Shown here: positions 26,382 to 39,614 of the stretch, piece by piece
How the letters are laid out: each line of letters begins with the position of its first letter
How positions within the stretch are numbered: position 1 is the first letter of the stretch
Assembly (NCBI RefSeq): GCF_000143415.4
Contig: NW_003314370.1
Location: 248,001-312,000, forward strand
DNA from: Selaginella moellendorffii
Taxonomy: Eukaryota; Plantae; Lycopodiophyta
Direction of reading: 5' to 3'
DNA length: 64,000 nt
Made by a program: the position numbers and the translations under genes
Notes under the pieces: model-generated
The model's input: only the letters and a program-made list of their open reading frames with translations
What the model was told of the DNA's origin: nothing
The model's database searches: none

Positions 26382-29060
26382 ATGAGCTCTCCAGCTCCTC
26401 CTCTGCTCAACATGACTGGAACCTTTCTTTCTAATCAGATCTTGCCTCTCAAAGGGAAGTGGGAGGCTCTCCGGCAGAGGAAGCTCAACATCTCCGAATT
26501 ATCCTTAGCGTAAATCTCTTCTCCCTTCCCTCCACTGTGATCACCTCTCTCTTTTGCTTTCTTCTTTTCGGGTAGAGAATTTGCTCTTTGCCTCGCTGAT
26601 ATCTCTTGTGATTTCCAGACGGGAGAGTGACGCGAACCAAGCCAAGGAAACAGTCCGGCTCGAGTTAGACGTAGATCTAGAAATGCAAGGTAGGAGCGGT
26701 ACCATTAACAGGATTGGAAGCTCTGGGGATGGAACAGGATCAGGGGTCTGGCTAGAGAATCACCACCACCACCATCAACATCACCACCACCATCATCAAC
26801 ATCACCACCAAGAACAGGAAGAACAGCCGCAGCAGCAGCAAAAGTTGGAGATCAAGAATAGCAAGAGCTTGGGAGGGGAGCTTTTCCAGCCGGCACCACC
26901 GCCACCCTGCGGCAGCTCCGCCATCGTCTCTGCCCAAGACGACGAGATGTTGTCGTGGCTGCACTACCCCATGGACGAAAGCTTCGAAAAGAGCTACTGC
27001 TCGGATCTGTTTGCCGACGTTCCTAATTCAGGCATGCAGACGTTTGCTGGCTGTAGCAGCACCAGGCGGGCAACGATTGCTCACACGTCGCCCCCAGCCA
27101 TCCAGCCGAGTGGTAATGCTCCTCCCGCCACCACCAGCAAGCTTCCAAGCGCGGAAGCCGCGATGGCGCTTGGTGCCGAGCGCGCAGCTGGGCTGAGCTC
27201 ACAGGTCGGCCTCGAGGCCTTTTGCAGAGTCCGGACCACTGCCTCGATCCAACCTCCGGTTCCCAAGTGGCCTACGGCTTCGACGACGGTAACGACGACG
27301 ACGGTGGCACCGGCGACTGCTACTCCGTCGTTAGCAGCCATGAATCCCGAAGTAGCAGGAGCAGCAGCAGCAGCAGCAGTCTTCGATCAAAGGCAAGCGT
27401 CAAAACCAAATTTTTCTGCGAGCTCTGCAGCCACCACCACCTTCGTTCATGAGTCCGAGCAGCAAGGATTGAAGAGAGGTTTGGTCCAGCGGAGCAGCAG
27501 CTCGATCGTGGCGGAGTCGGCTCCGCTGGTTTCTCCGCACAAAGCTGGCGATCATGCGAGAGCTGTCAAGAGAGAGCAGGCGGGATCCATGATCTCCGGG
27601 GGAGGGAGCTCGAGCTGCAAGACAAAGTCGTTTGGAAACGACGAGAGCCAGCACAAGAGTGTGGCGGGATCGAAGAAGTATGACGCGGAGCCTACCATCA
27701 CTTCCTCGTCCGGAGGGTCGGACAACACGACGGAGAAGTCGGACAAGGCCGAGAGGATTGCCGAGAAGAGGAAGGCTCCACAGATGACCGAGTCCATGGA
27801 TTGTCAAAGCGAGGTACGCGGAGGCTTTTTCGAGGTTCTTATTGATCTTTGCGTTTTCTTGTGGCTTCCAGGACGTGGAAGCGGAGTCTGTCGACACCAA
27901 AAAACCAGCCACTCGTCCGAAGAGAAGCCGGGCAGCCGAAGTTCACAATCTCTCCGAGCGTGTACGTAACTTGTTTGTTCTTTTGTCTTAAGAGCATCCT
28001 CGACTTACACGCGGACTTTGCAGCGGCGGCGCGATAGAATCAACGAGAAAATGAGAGCCTTGCAAGAGCTCATCCCAAACTCCAACAAGGTCTTTGCACT
28101 TGATCTCGCACTGACGTTACTCTTCGTTTTTCCCCACAGACCGACAAAGCTTCCATGCTGGACGAAGCTATCGAGTACTTGAAGATGCTTCAGCTACAGC
28201 TCCAGGTGCAAAAAATCGAACTTTTACATAGTTCTCACACTTTTTCCTGTTCTTGTAGATGATGTCGATGAGAAGCGGTATGAGCATGCCTCCAATGGCC
28301 ATGGCCAATGGTGTTCGCCACCCACACATGCAAATGCCTCCACAGATGGCTCCGTTGCCTTACGGGATGGGGATGGGAATGGGAATGCTGGGAGTCGGCA
28401 TGAATATGGGAATGGGAATGGGGATGGGGATGAACATGGTCGACTTGGGGAGCTCGAGCACAGCACCAGGAGCGGCGGCAGCGGCAGCTCCATTGAGACC
28501 GATCGTGAGCGAGCCGGATTCATACAACGTCTACGTTTCTCAGCAGCAATTGCAAATTCCCGTCCAGGTAAGTAACGAAAGTTCCATTTTTTTTGTTCCA
28601 CCTAGAGTTTTCTGGAGTTTTTTCACTTGTTTTTCCGTTTTCTCGTCGTGAAAATGTCAGTGTTTTATGTTTGTGCTGTTTGTTTTTCTCTTCTTCTAGG
28701 CAGGAACAAGTCACTCTCTTGGATTGCAGTGCTCTGGAAAAGATCGCCAAAAGTTCTCCTTGTTTCGGTATCTATTCTATCGTTTTGAGCTTTCCTGGTG
28801 TTGTGCTTGGTTTGTGTCCGACCTATGGAGTTTTCTCACGCAAAATTCTCTTTTTTTCCTGACTCTTTCGTGTTCTTCTGTCTATCCAGGTCATGAACAG
28901 GGAAATGTACAACGCTTACATGGTAAACCACCAACACCAACAACAACAGCAGCAGCAGCAGCAAACTCCAACTCCAACTCCAACTCCAACTCAACAACAA
29001 AATCAACCACAGCCCGAACACCACCACCACCACCACCACCACCACCCGAGCGGGTTTTAA
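26382..29060 (+). CDS. PIF: Phytochrome-interacting-factor-like bHLH (subfamily VII/15), multi-exon
   Basis: [13 protein letters not shown]|[22 protein letters not shown]|[39 protein letters not shown] tract, poly-H/Q tracts. The start codon is inferred. Confidence 0.9.
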
Positions 29061-29270
29061 TCCAGGAACACACTCACAAGAAGAATCACGCAATCGGTCT
29101 CCAGAATATGAGCGCTCTCTCCTCGCAAGCGATGGCCTCCAAAGTTTCGTGTTCTTCGTTTGTTTTGTTTTGGTTGTTTGTATGTAACATTTGTACTCTC
29201 TCTCCAATTTAAAAACAATTGGAAGGAAAGCTCTCTCCTTGGAGAGGTTTATGGTGTAGCTAGGGTTTTG

Positions 29271-31472
29271 ATGGGGAAGGCGGAGGAAGCGGCGGCAAAG
29301 CGGAGGAACAAGGCCGCCAGGAAGCGCTTGCGAAGCGCCGGCGGCGCTGGATTCCACACTGCCGTGATTGCCGCCAAGCGCAGGAGGAAAGCTGGGAAGC
29401 GGCGAGTTTGCGAGGTGAGTGACAGATCGATTAGATCGATTCTTTTCTGGAAATGCCAGCATTCTGTGGTGGATTGTCTGATTCGCTTCGAGGTTTTGTT
29501 TCTTCTTTTGCTTGGTTTTTGGTAAGCGTTCTAGGCTTTTGCTTTTGCGAATAGATCTGTTTTTGTAATAGTTTCGTGCATTGTTTTCTCGTTCTTCCTA
29601 CATTGGTTTTAGTTCTTCGACTTTCAAGAACCGTGGTTGTGGATCTTTATCTTTTCGATCTTCGAATCTCTTTTTTATTTTTATTTTTCATACAGGGAAT
29701 GTGCTACAGCCTCCCAACTCCCGAGGATCCATTCAATAACCGGTCTCTAGGAAAACGCAAGAAGAGACGATATGACGATGAAACGATGGAGGGTTTGGCT
29801 GAAGAAGGCAGTGACCTTGACGAAGGTCAAGATGGCAGTCAAGTTTTAACCGACGAAGCTGATAGTTCCGAGGACGACGAAATCTCCGAGGCCAGAGAAT
29901 CTGCTTCCTCGGAAGAAGATGATAGCTCCGAAGAAGAAGAAGATAGCTCTGGTGGGGAAGACGATACGAGAGCTTACGACAGACGGCTCCTGTCCCGGAT
30001 AGCAGGTTCGTCAAATGGTGCTCGTATACTGTCCGGAGTGATTGCTAGCGTTGATAGGCAATTGTCTCGCTTTGAGACTAGCCTCTGGGAGGCTTGCCGA
30101 GGAGGTCTGGACGTCATTGGAACCGTCCAGGAGTCGACCATTGCAGCCATCGCTTACGTTCCTGCAGTGGTGGACTACATTGTCAAGCAACCCTCCAAGA
30201 CAAGGCTCTCTGGAAAGCCTATCGCGCTTTTTCTCGTGCCGTCTCAAGAGGAAGCGCTATATGTAACAGACTTTGATCCTTTTGCTACGGTGTTTGTTCA
30301 TCTGAATCTGACTTGAGAGCGTTTGTTTTGTACAGGTAAGGAACTTGTGCAAGCCTTTGAAAAAGCTTCTGGGGCTTCAGACCATAAGCATCCACCCGGG
30401 TGCGAGCCTAGAGCACCAAGTGAAAGGGTAGGCTCTTGTTTCAATCAAGTGAAAGCTTCATTGATCGCTTGTTATTGCAGGCTGGAGTCCTCTGCGTGTC
30501 AAGTTCTTGTAGCTACACCAGAGAGACTTTGTCAATTGGTATCGAGAAAGGCACTAAACCTCTTGGATGTTTCGTTTCTGGTAAGTGAACCATCACGGCA
30601 CACCGATGCTCACTACCACTTTATTTGTTTTCCAAGGTTGTGGATGGCTTGGACGAGTTGATCCGGAAAGGTTTCAAGGAAAACCTTCAGACAATTAAGC
30701 TACATACGAGCCACACAATGCAAGTTGTAATACTCAGCAGAAGTTTCAGTGGGGAAGCAATTCAAGTAACCAGATCTTACGTAGAAGATCCAGTGGCTAG
30801 AGTTTTGGAAAGCGAGTCCTTGAAGGAGCAGGGAGCATGCATCACCCAAGACGTTAGTATAATCGTTGACGACTCCAAAAAACTGCCAAAGGTACTCGTA
30901 GTTCGCTGCTAGCTATTTTCTCTTTGAAACAAACTTCTCTCTCGTTACAAGGTCGTGAGTATCCTCCAGCAACTTCGGGAAGACGATGGTAAACTACCTC
31001 GAACACTAGTGGTAGCAAGAAAGCTGGAAGATGTGGTAGTGCTAGCAGGCGCCTTGAAGCGTGAGGGATTCGACAGGGCAGTGGCTTTCACCAGTGATTC
31101 AAAGAACGATCAGAACACAAGGTGTGTATCCCTTTCATTCCAGTTTAGCTAATGCATGCTCTCTTTTTCTTTTGGTGTAGCTCATTCGAACTAATGGTTT
31201 CCACCGAAAGCATAGTTGATTCTATCGACTTGAGCTGTTTCCAGAACGTTGTGAATTACGAGTGCCCGGTTTCGATCGCCAGGTACTCGAGCATCTTGTC
31301 TTCCATGGCCCGATCATCCGTCCATGGAAGCTTGCATACTTTGTGTGGGTGCTCGGCTGCTCCAATAGCACGCGAATTGGTGAACGTTCTTAAAGATTGC
31401 CACCAGGTGGTTCCAAGTGCCTTAGATATGCTAGCCAGTGCGGCTGCGGTGGTCATCAGGAAAAAGCCATAG
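29271..31472 (+). CDS. DEAD-box-like helicase-fold protein with degenerate catalytic motifs, multi-exon
   Basis: Basic N-terminus AAKRRRKAGKRRVCE|GMCYSLPTPEDPFN, acidic tract, LFLVPSQE (motif Ia), LVATPERL (Ib), VVDGLD (II), VVNYE. Telo-box TAGGGTTT at 29261. Confidence 0.8.
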
Positions 31473-31617
31473 AAATTTTTTTATCTTTCTTTTTTGTTAG
31501 ATTGAAAAAAGTAAAATGCTAGCAAAATAGATTTGATCATAAACTTTAAGGGTTAAGGGTTGGTTTACATGCTTAGATTTATGTTAAGTAAGATTATGCT
31601 TATAAATTTCTCATGCA

Positions 31618-32079
31618 GGGGCCTTGCTCCTTGGAAGCGGAGGCCGGATTTGGGTAAGCTTCCGTGGCCACGGCTGTTGTTCGACGCAATTGATCCAGAC
31701 ACAAACTTCTGAGTGACATAGAGGACTCACTTGAGGTGGCTGCTCATCACGGGGCCGTGGCAAGTCATCACTCATGTACAAGCTTGCCGATTGCATGCTC
31801 ATGCATGACATGGTGCCCGTGCTGACCCTCTTGAACCATCGAATGGTGGAAGCAGCCAACAAGTATGCCAATGATTACGATGCTTTCATCCACGAGATGG
31901 CTGTGTCTCTGGCTCTCGGGAGCAACGGCAGGCTCGACTATGATGGAAGTCCTGTCATCGAGGGACTCTTGAAGATGCTGGCTTCTCCCGGCAGGGAGAT
32001 AGTGTTCATCGACAAGGCAGAGCTCCTGAATGAGATTGCCTGGCCAGGCGTGCTGTTTACGTTTCTTGTGAGGATGTAG
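31618..32079 (+). pseudogene. GC-rich gene fragment of unknown family, apparently disrupted and ending at the retroelement edge
   Basis: 101-codon ORF at 31774-32079 with coding-like composition. The upstream part has stop codons and needs a frameshift to join it. Confidence 0.35.
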
Positions 32080-35000
32080 TACATCCGAGGTCACCATACG
32101 TGCTGACACGTGGCAGATCTGGAGAGTCACCACTCTCACCTGTGTATATATAGTGATGGTGATAATTGAGCAAGTATGTATAGCAATGATGATATCTGAG
32201 TGAGAAAGTTTTTCTCTTCTTCCTTAGTTTCAGCGTTTCTGTCCACATTGAAGACATGCAAAAGAGAGCTGTGTGTATCGCACAAACTCCTGAAGGATCA
32301 AACTCGTGATTAAAGAGATGGTTAGGGCAATGATGTGGATTAGGGTTTGTGATGGAGCTATAGCGCATACAAAGGATTCTAAAATCCTAAGAATCTGGAG
32401 AATAAAAATGGGAAACAACAGGGAGTGAGCCCACCCTCAGGGATTTTGTGATTAATAGCATTTCTTAGAGTGTGCTTTAGGGTAGAGAGTGTTTTGTTGC
32501 TTAGGAAAATCTTGATTGTGGCTTGGATTGAGTGTGCTTGCATTTGTTTTATGGACATAGGTTCTTTTGTTTGAATAGGTTCTATCAATATCCCAAGTAC
32601 CTTAGAGTGAGTGGGTTTGGAGATCTGTGTTGGCATCTGCAGTGCGCTGCAAGGCTAAGTCAAGTGTGTGTGCTTGTTTTGTGTTGTGAGGCCACCACTA
32701 GCAAACAGAGAGTGACTAGGCTGTGTTGGCAAAAGATCAGGAAAGCATCACCAAGCTAATATGTTGAATATTTTATGCTATGTGGCTTGAGTGATGAGTT
32801 TGTTCATTATACCCTTCTTGGTATTAGAGGTAGTTTATGTGATGATTCTTGCATGTGGGGAGAGAACTAACTTCAAAAGTGTGAGTTTCTTTTGTTGATC
32901 TTTAACCCGATACTATTGTGGCATCTTATTGAAGAGTTGAATGTAGGAAGATGACCAATGGTGAATCTAGTTCATGACTAGATGAATCTTTTGCAAAGCC
33001 TGAGAAGTGGAGTTGGGTTGATATTACTAAAGAAGAGAAGGAGTGCACCCAAGGAAAGGCATAAGTGGCAGCATCTTTGGCTAATGCCAAGGGAAAAGAT
33101 GCTCAAGAGGGTGGTGCAGATATGTCTAGGGTTCAAGAGTGAGGAGGGGGGAAAGAGCAAGTTTTCCTTGAGCAGGAGATTTTGCAAGAGGATTAAAATT
33201 GGGACGGGATAAGGCCCAGGTGGCAAGGTAGCAGCAACAAATCTTTTTGAGGTGGTTTCACATCTTTCTATCAAGGAAGACTTTCTTTCAAATGTGGGGG
33301 TGGAGGATTCTCACCATTCTCTAAAGGAGCTTAAGGTCATCATGGAATATGTCCTTTCAGCTGTGCCATTGAATCTCAGTAGAATGGTCCCCCTCATGTA
33401 AAATCTATGAGTGTCAATGGATTCCCACAGTTTGGCTGAGAATCTTTGCAATCCCTACCATAGAGTGATCTAATAAGTTCAAGAAGTGAGGAAGAGTGAG
33501 ATGGCTACTATCCAAGATTGATAATGTGGTGGTTTTAGAGTTGCAGGAAGTACTATATGTCAATGCAAAAGAAGGGGAGATGCCATAGAGATATCCGAAG
33601 GCAATGATGGAGGAACCAATGTTGTGGTTGAGCATAATCCTAATGTTTACCAGGTTGAGGACTTGTATATCCCTGTGGTTTATAATAGCATATTTTCATA
33701 TTTAACCCAATTGTAGCTCACAGTTTGACAATACCCTCACCTTGAAACTTTTGAGGAATGCAAGGCAGAAAGATTCAAGCATCTTTAGGAAGTTTAAACT
33801 TCTAGCTTTCAAGGGAGATGGCCATCCTGATGAAAATCAAGATTGGTTTATCAAATAGATAATTATGGTATCTTGTTTTGGGTTGAGACTGCTATGGCAT
33901 AAGGGCTTGCTAGGGTTTGGTGGAACTCTAATAAGGAGGAACTTTTTACCAATCTAGAGGGATTTACAACAAGCTTGAATTAGTTTAAGGCAAAGTTTGG
34001 CAAAAGGTTCTTGAGTTTGGATAGTTGTTAATTATTAAATGAGCTATAAGCTAAGAAGTAGAAAGAGAAGGAGGATGTTTAGACATATGTAAATGCCTTG
34101 AGTTAACTTGTAATGCAACTTGGACTTTTGCTAGTGACAAATTGGCAATTGTATTGGTATTTTTGTTGGGGCCTCAAAAAGAATCTTCAGGAGTAAATGA
34201 AGTATTAGCTACCCCAATTTTACGCCTAAGCAGTACACCAAACACAGGAGTAAATGAAGTATTAGCTACCCTAATTTTACGCCTAAGCAGTACACCAAAC
34301 ACATGAATTTGAACTACAAGATGAATACTTTGAGGATTCAATGGAGATTCTTGATGATGGAGCATAAAAAAAACATGTAGAGAATGATGTATGGACAGAT
34401 GTCAAGAATCTTGTATTAACATTGACATAGGAATTGAAAAGCTAACTTACAGAGATAGATCATCAACTTTCATCTTTCAGGAAGAGGTTAGTTGACTACA
34501 GTGGTGTACCCAACGAAACAACTAATGCTTCAAATGTGATGAAAACCACTAAGCTTGAGATTGTCCAATAAGCTAACAACATCTAGCTACCAATCATGGT
34601 GTATATATTGAAGAAGATAATGCAGGGCAAGCCAAGATAATGAAAGATTCTACTGTAGGATATTTTAATCTGAATGCCGAAGAAGAAGATACTTTTAGGA
34701 CATCCAAACTGCATTAGGGCCTTAGGAAAAAAGAAAAAAAAAAGTGAAAGAAAGAAAGAGAGCGAAAAAAAGAAAAAAGAGAAGAAAAGTGAAAAAAAAG
34801 AGTGACAAAAAGAGATGACATGTGGCACTTTTGATATTTGACACTTGGCACAAAATTAATTGTGAAAGTGACTAGCAGACAGGGACTTTGTTGATCCTGC
34901 AATACTCTAGATGACAAATCCTTATATGCGGAAAAATCATGATTTTGCAAGGGTTGTTGGAAAAATGTGAGATCCTTTTTAAGGATCTTACTGCAATTTG

Positions 35001-36495
35001 CATACACCCACCTGGGGAATTATATTTAGAACTTGGCTAGTAGTTATGGGGCTATTGATTAGTGGTTCTATGCAATAGTTATGAAAGCTTTGGGATGGAG
35101 AAGGCAAGCCTATGTAAGGTAGTGGTTGTTTTTATGGGAGGATGCTTATGAAAGAGCTATGACAAGAGATTCTTTTGACTATGCAATTTTAACACTAAGA
35201 ATGTGCCAAGATGTCTCACAACAGGTAGCAAAGGAGATTGTTAATTGGTTAAAGCTCCTCAATTAGTGGTTTTCCCAGTTGTGGGGGAACATAGGACATG
35301 CTAGGATTTTGATATAGGAGGTGTGGGAAATGGATGAGGATTGCCCTTTGACATGCATATATGAGACTTGGATGCTAGTGGAAGCATCTTGTGCACGAAG
35401 ATGAGGTGCTAGAAAGATGTCATCTCTAAGTTACTTGTGGAAAGCGGGCAGCTAAAAACTGTCTCGACTAGGTAGAGGCTCATGATAAAGCTTGCTTGCA
35501 TGCATGCATTAGTGAGTTGGAGCAATAGTTCAAGGCCTTAGCAGTTCAATTGAGGGAATCTTAGGAGGTTAAGTAGGAGATTGAGTAGATGTTCATTGTA
35601 GAGCGTCAAATTAAGCTACTAGTGGAGGAAACATAGGAGTTTGAGAGGCAAATATTAGAGACAAAAATGCTTCTCAAGGTATTTATGTGCAACTTAATAA
35701 GGGATCATGTCCAAGTAACAAGAGCTAGAGATGCAATTCAGAAGGAGAATCCTTTGGAGGTGGTTTCCTATGAACCAGTGCTATGGGTTTGAGGTTAGTG
35801 TAGCAATGGAGATTCCAGAGGGGAATCTTCCTAACAAGACTTTATATCACAAGATTAGAGGTGTGCTAGTGGAGATTCCAGAAGGGAATCCACCAATATG
35901 TAAAGATGCAAATGAAATTTGCATCTTGGTCAAGGGTAAGAGTCCTAAAAATCTCGGAGCTAGAGAATAAAAGTAAAAAGTAACAAGGAGTGAGGGTTAG
36001 GCCAAACCTCCCCTTAGGATTCTGCATTTAACAACATTTCTTAGAGTATGCTCTAGAGTAGAGAGTGTTTTGTTTCTTATGAGCATTTTGAGTATGGCTT
36101 GGATTGGAATGTGTTCACATTTGTTTTGTGGATGTAGGTTTTTTTATTTGAACAGCTGTTGTACTTGTTTGCTCCACTCCTGCTCCACATGGTCATTAGA
36201 GGATCTATCCCTACAGACTCTAGATTCGATGGCCTGTCTACTTGGTAAGTGTGTTTTTATTAGTGTCCCGAGTACTTTAGAGTGAGTGTGTTTAGAGATC
36301 ATATTTTGGCATCTACAATGTGTTGCAAGGCTGGGTCACGTGCACACACTTCTTTCGCATCATGAGGCTGCCACTGGCAAGTAAAGAGCGACTAGACTGT
36401 GTCAATGAAAGATTAAGGAAGCATCATCAGGTTGATATGTCAAATATTCCATGCTATATGGCTTGAGTGGCAAGTTTATTCATTGCACCCTTCTA
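32075..36495 (+). mobile_element. Old decayed LTR retrotransposon
   Basis: Diverged direct repeats at about 32375-32817 and 35940-36495. PBS-like TGGTATTAGAG at about 32818 follows the first copy. Gag-like remnant near 33780-33950 with many stops. The left boundary is uncertain. Confidence 0.7.
34188..34303. repeat. 57-bp tandem duplication (1 mismatch)
   Basis: caggagtaaatgaagtattagctacc(c/t)aattttacgcctaagcagtacaccaaaca at 34188 and 34245. Confidence 0.92.
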
Positions 36496-37029
36496 GAGCG
36501 GTATATGTGTGTTTAGGACCAAGGGTTCTAGTCTATACTTCCTGCAAAGCTTTGTTCTGGTCAGCACAATGCTTCTACAGCCAAGCCAGATTGTTAATTC
36601 CTATGTTTCAATGAAGGTCATGACAATTACAGGAGTGGGTGTTCAATCTTTGTAGAGTTAAAACTCAAATAACACTTAATGAGCAAGTACAGAGAACCAT
36701 GGACTCAAGCCTCCTTTCTCTAATATTAATTATCACAACCATCTGGAACTTCATCTTCCTTAGCACCAACATCATTCTAATGTTACTTTTTATTATACCT
36801 AGGGCATTTTTTTGTATTTTCTCTCCTGCAAATCCATTAATTAATCACATTTAGTTAATTTTTTTGTAGAGGACATCAGAATTTCTTTTGGTTGGGGACT
36901 AACTATCAACATGAGTTTGGTGTTGAGTTCAGGAACAGGAATGGAGTGCAGCAAATGTGGACATGGTGATCTTGACATTGGCCACCAGCATTCACTCCTT
37001 GATGAGCGGTCACAAGGGAATGACCAGCA

Positions 37030-38310
37030 ATCTTTGCTGCCCTGATTCTCCAGCTCTAGGACTTCTCTCGTCCATTTCTTGTGGAGACTGATGCATCAGA
37101 TGCAAGCACGGGGGCGGTGCTCAGACAGGAGCAAGGGATCATAGCGTTTGAGAGTTGGTGCATTTCAGTACATGGCTTATGAGCAAGAAATGCTTGCGGT
37201 CATCCACACTATCGAGAAGTGGCATCATGATCTCTTGCCGACTCGTTTCACGCTCTGCACAGACCATTACAGTATCAAATTTTTGCTGGAACAACAGCAG
37301 CTCAACATCGGGACGTTTGTTTTGCCCGGTCGAAATTCGATGGATAAATCAAAAGCTTGAAGCTTTTCAATCCAGCGCCTCTGTTTCTTGCACTGTCTTG
37401 CATGTTCGAGAAGCCAGTGTCCCAGCTTCTTACAGGGATATCACGTCGTTCAGCAGCGGGTCGTCAGTACCGAGCTCCCTTCGCGTCAATTTCCATCTCA
37501 GGATTGCCAAGATCTATATATGGTGCTCTTCACGAAGGTCAGCCACTTCGTCCCATTAACGACCACAGCAAACGCTCAGAAGGTGGCAGAGCTTTTCTGG
37601 AAGGGGATAGTCCGCTACCGGGAGATTATCTCTGACAGGGACTCCAAGTTCCTCGGCAAGTTCTGGAGATTGTTGTTTGAGGCCGTGGGGACAAGGTTGA
37701 GTTTTAGGCTATCACCCTCAAACTAACAGATAGACTTAGAGGGTGAATCACACAATGGAAACGTTCCTTCGTGGATATTTTTTGGACAGACCGGGCAATT
37801 GGGTGAAATGGCGAGTTTGCTTACAACTCCATGCAACATGCTTCCCTGGGAATGTCTGCGGCAACGTGGTGTCGACCTCTGTCCACGGTAACAAGACTGG
37901 CCAACCATATAACGCCTCGAAAGGAGGATGTAGAGGAGCATCTCTGAGAAGTGGAAGAAGCATGGCAAAGCAAAGGCTTGGGTCGGCAGAAACTACCATG
38001 TGGTTCTTTGTGGACCAAAATCGATCATACAAGTAATTTGAGCCAAGAGACTACATTTATGTCAAGTTCTGCCTGGAACGTTACACCCTGGGCAAGCTTA
38101 AGGAAGAGCCAAGTTGCAACCCCGCTTCTTCGGTCCTTTCAGGGTGGTGAAAGCAATTAATGAATTGACCTACAGATTGCATCTCGCAACAACAGCAAGG
38201 ATCCATGATGTGTTCCACTTGAGTGACCTCAGCGTCATCACAGGGAGTTGCCTTCAATCCAAATGCCGGATCAGGGAAGAACAGGTCCTCTTGTTCCGGA
38301 TAGGGCAGTG
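37030..38310 (+). mobile_element. Ty3/gypsy pol pseudogene fragment (RNase H, integrase, GPF/Y module)
   Basis: VETDASDASTGAVL, YEQEMLAVIHTIEKWHHDL..TDH, IISDRDSKFLGKFWRLL, KLQPRFFGPFRVVK..IHDVFH. Frameshifted, with internal deletions. Confidence 0.9.
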
Positions 38311-38832
38311 AAGTCCAGGAATACAGAGCGCAATCTGGAGGACCAAAGTTCTTTGAGCAAGAATGGCCTGTTAGGGACCGAGTCTGACTATGCTACAGCG
38401 GATGGTTATATGGAGAGTAAAGCAGATTTGATTCTCTATACTCTCCTCTCCATCTTGTCCACCTTCTTCTCTCCAGTCTCACTCTGCTTGCTTGGTTAGT
38501 CTCTTTTGTTGTCCAAGGAGCATTTCCTCCCTTCTCATTCCTCTTCTTTGAATATAGCTGTGCAACTCCCACTTTTTTTGACTGAAAGTTGTTTATGATA
38601 GAGCATCCACGCCGTCTTCCAGGCCACGTGGCAAAATATTCACTGGTGACATGGCCAGTCAGAGAGAGTTTGACGGAGGCTGCATAGAAACAGAAAGCAA
38701 GTCGTTTTGCTCAGAATGGAGCTCTCACTCCATCCATGTGTTCTCGCTTCGAATAGATGCCACTGCCATTGTATAAAAACAGAGACCCACTGCCTCCTCC
38801 AACACCTCGCTTCCTGATCTTCTCAAACAGCA

Positions 38833-39177
38833 ATGCCCAAGCTTGTGCTTATCCTGTTCTTCCTTGTGGCCGCTGCGGCGCAGTGGAGAATCTCCATCGC
38901 CCAGCAGCAGTCCTGCAGCGACTGGACTCAGCTCCTGGATTGCCAGAACGCGGCCAGCGATCCAAGCGCCACCCCGTCTGGCGAGTGCTGCAACAGAATC
39001 CGGCAGTACCAAAACGCACCGGACTGCCTGTGCACCATGCTCCTCGCGGCACGCAACGCAGCGCAGTCCACCGGGTTGCCATTCAATCTCCAGGCCGCGC
39101 TCTCCATCCCGGCCAAGTGCCACGTCCAAGTTCCATCCGGCTACTCGTGCGCTGGAATTCCCATTCCATCTAGCTAG
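38833..39177 (+). CDS. Non-specific lipid-transfer protein (8-Cys motif), intronless
   Basis: Signal peptide MPKLVLILFFLVAAAA and C-C-CC-CxC-C-C pattern. TATAAAA at about 38772. Confidence 0.9.
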   Translation: MPKLVLILFFLVAAAAQWRISIAQQQSCSDWTQLLDCQNAASDPSATPSGECCNRIRQYQNAPDCLCTMLLAARNAAQSTGLPFNLQAALSIPAKCHVQVPSGYSCAGIPIPSS

Positions 39178-39614
39178 AAGAACAGAAAAAAAAAAAAAGA
39201 GAGTTAGCTAAGCATCGCTAGAGAGCAATCTAGGAAAAGAAAATTATGGAAGAGCTTCTAGAGAGCAAGAGAGAGAGGGAAGGGAAGAAATCCGTGTGTA
39301 GTGCTATGACTGTGACCAGAGAAAAGAGAGGGAGAGAGAACAAATTCATGCAATAAGATAACTTGACTTGCCTGTGCCATGATCGTCGCCTTTCTTGTGA
39401 CGCCGAGAAAAGCAGTACCTTATTCACGGGATGGTGTACTCATCGCGATTTCCTCGCACCGATCTATGCCAGAAGCCCTCTCCATGTCGATCAGTATAAG
39501 AGCGAGCCTCTAGGCAGTGAGATCCATCGGGCAGCTCTTCTCTCGATCCCCATTCTTGAATCTCCCCTTCCCTCTCTCCTCTCCTCTAGCAATATTTCGA
39601 GCATCGATCGAGCA

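Noticed and set aside
28930-29047. CAA/CAG/CCAACT/CAC microsatellites as an independent repeat feature
   Set aside because: They are coding low-complexity tracts of the last PIF exon.
34188-34303. CRISPR-like array
   Set aside because: Only two adjacent copies with no spacers, in a eukaryotic context.
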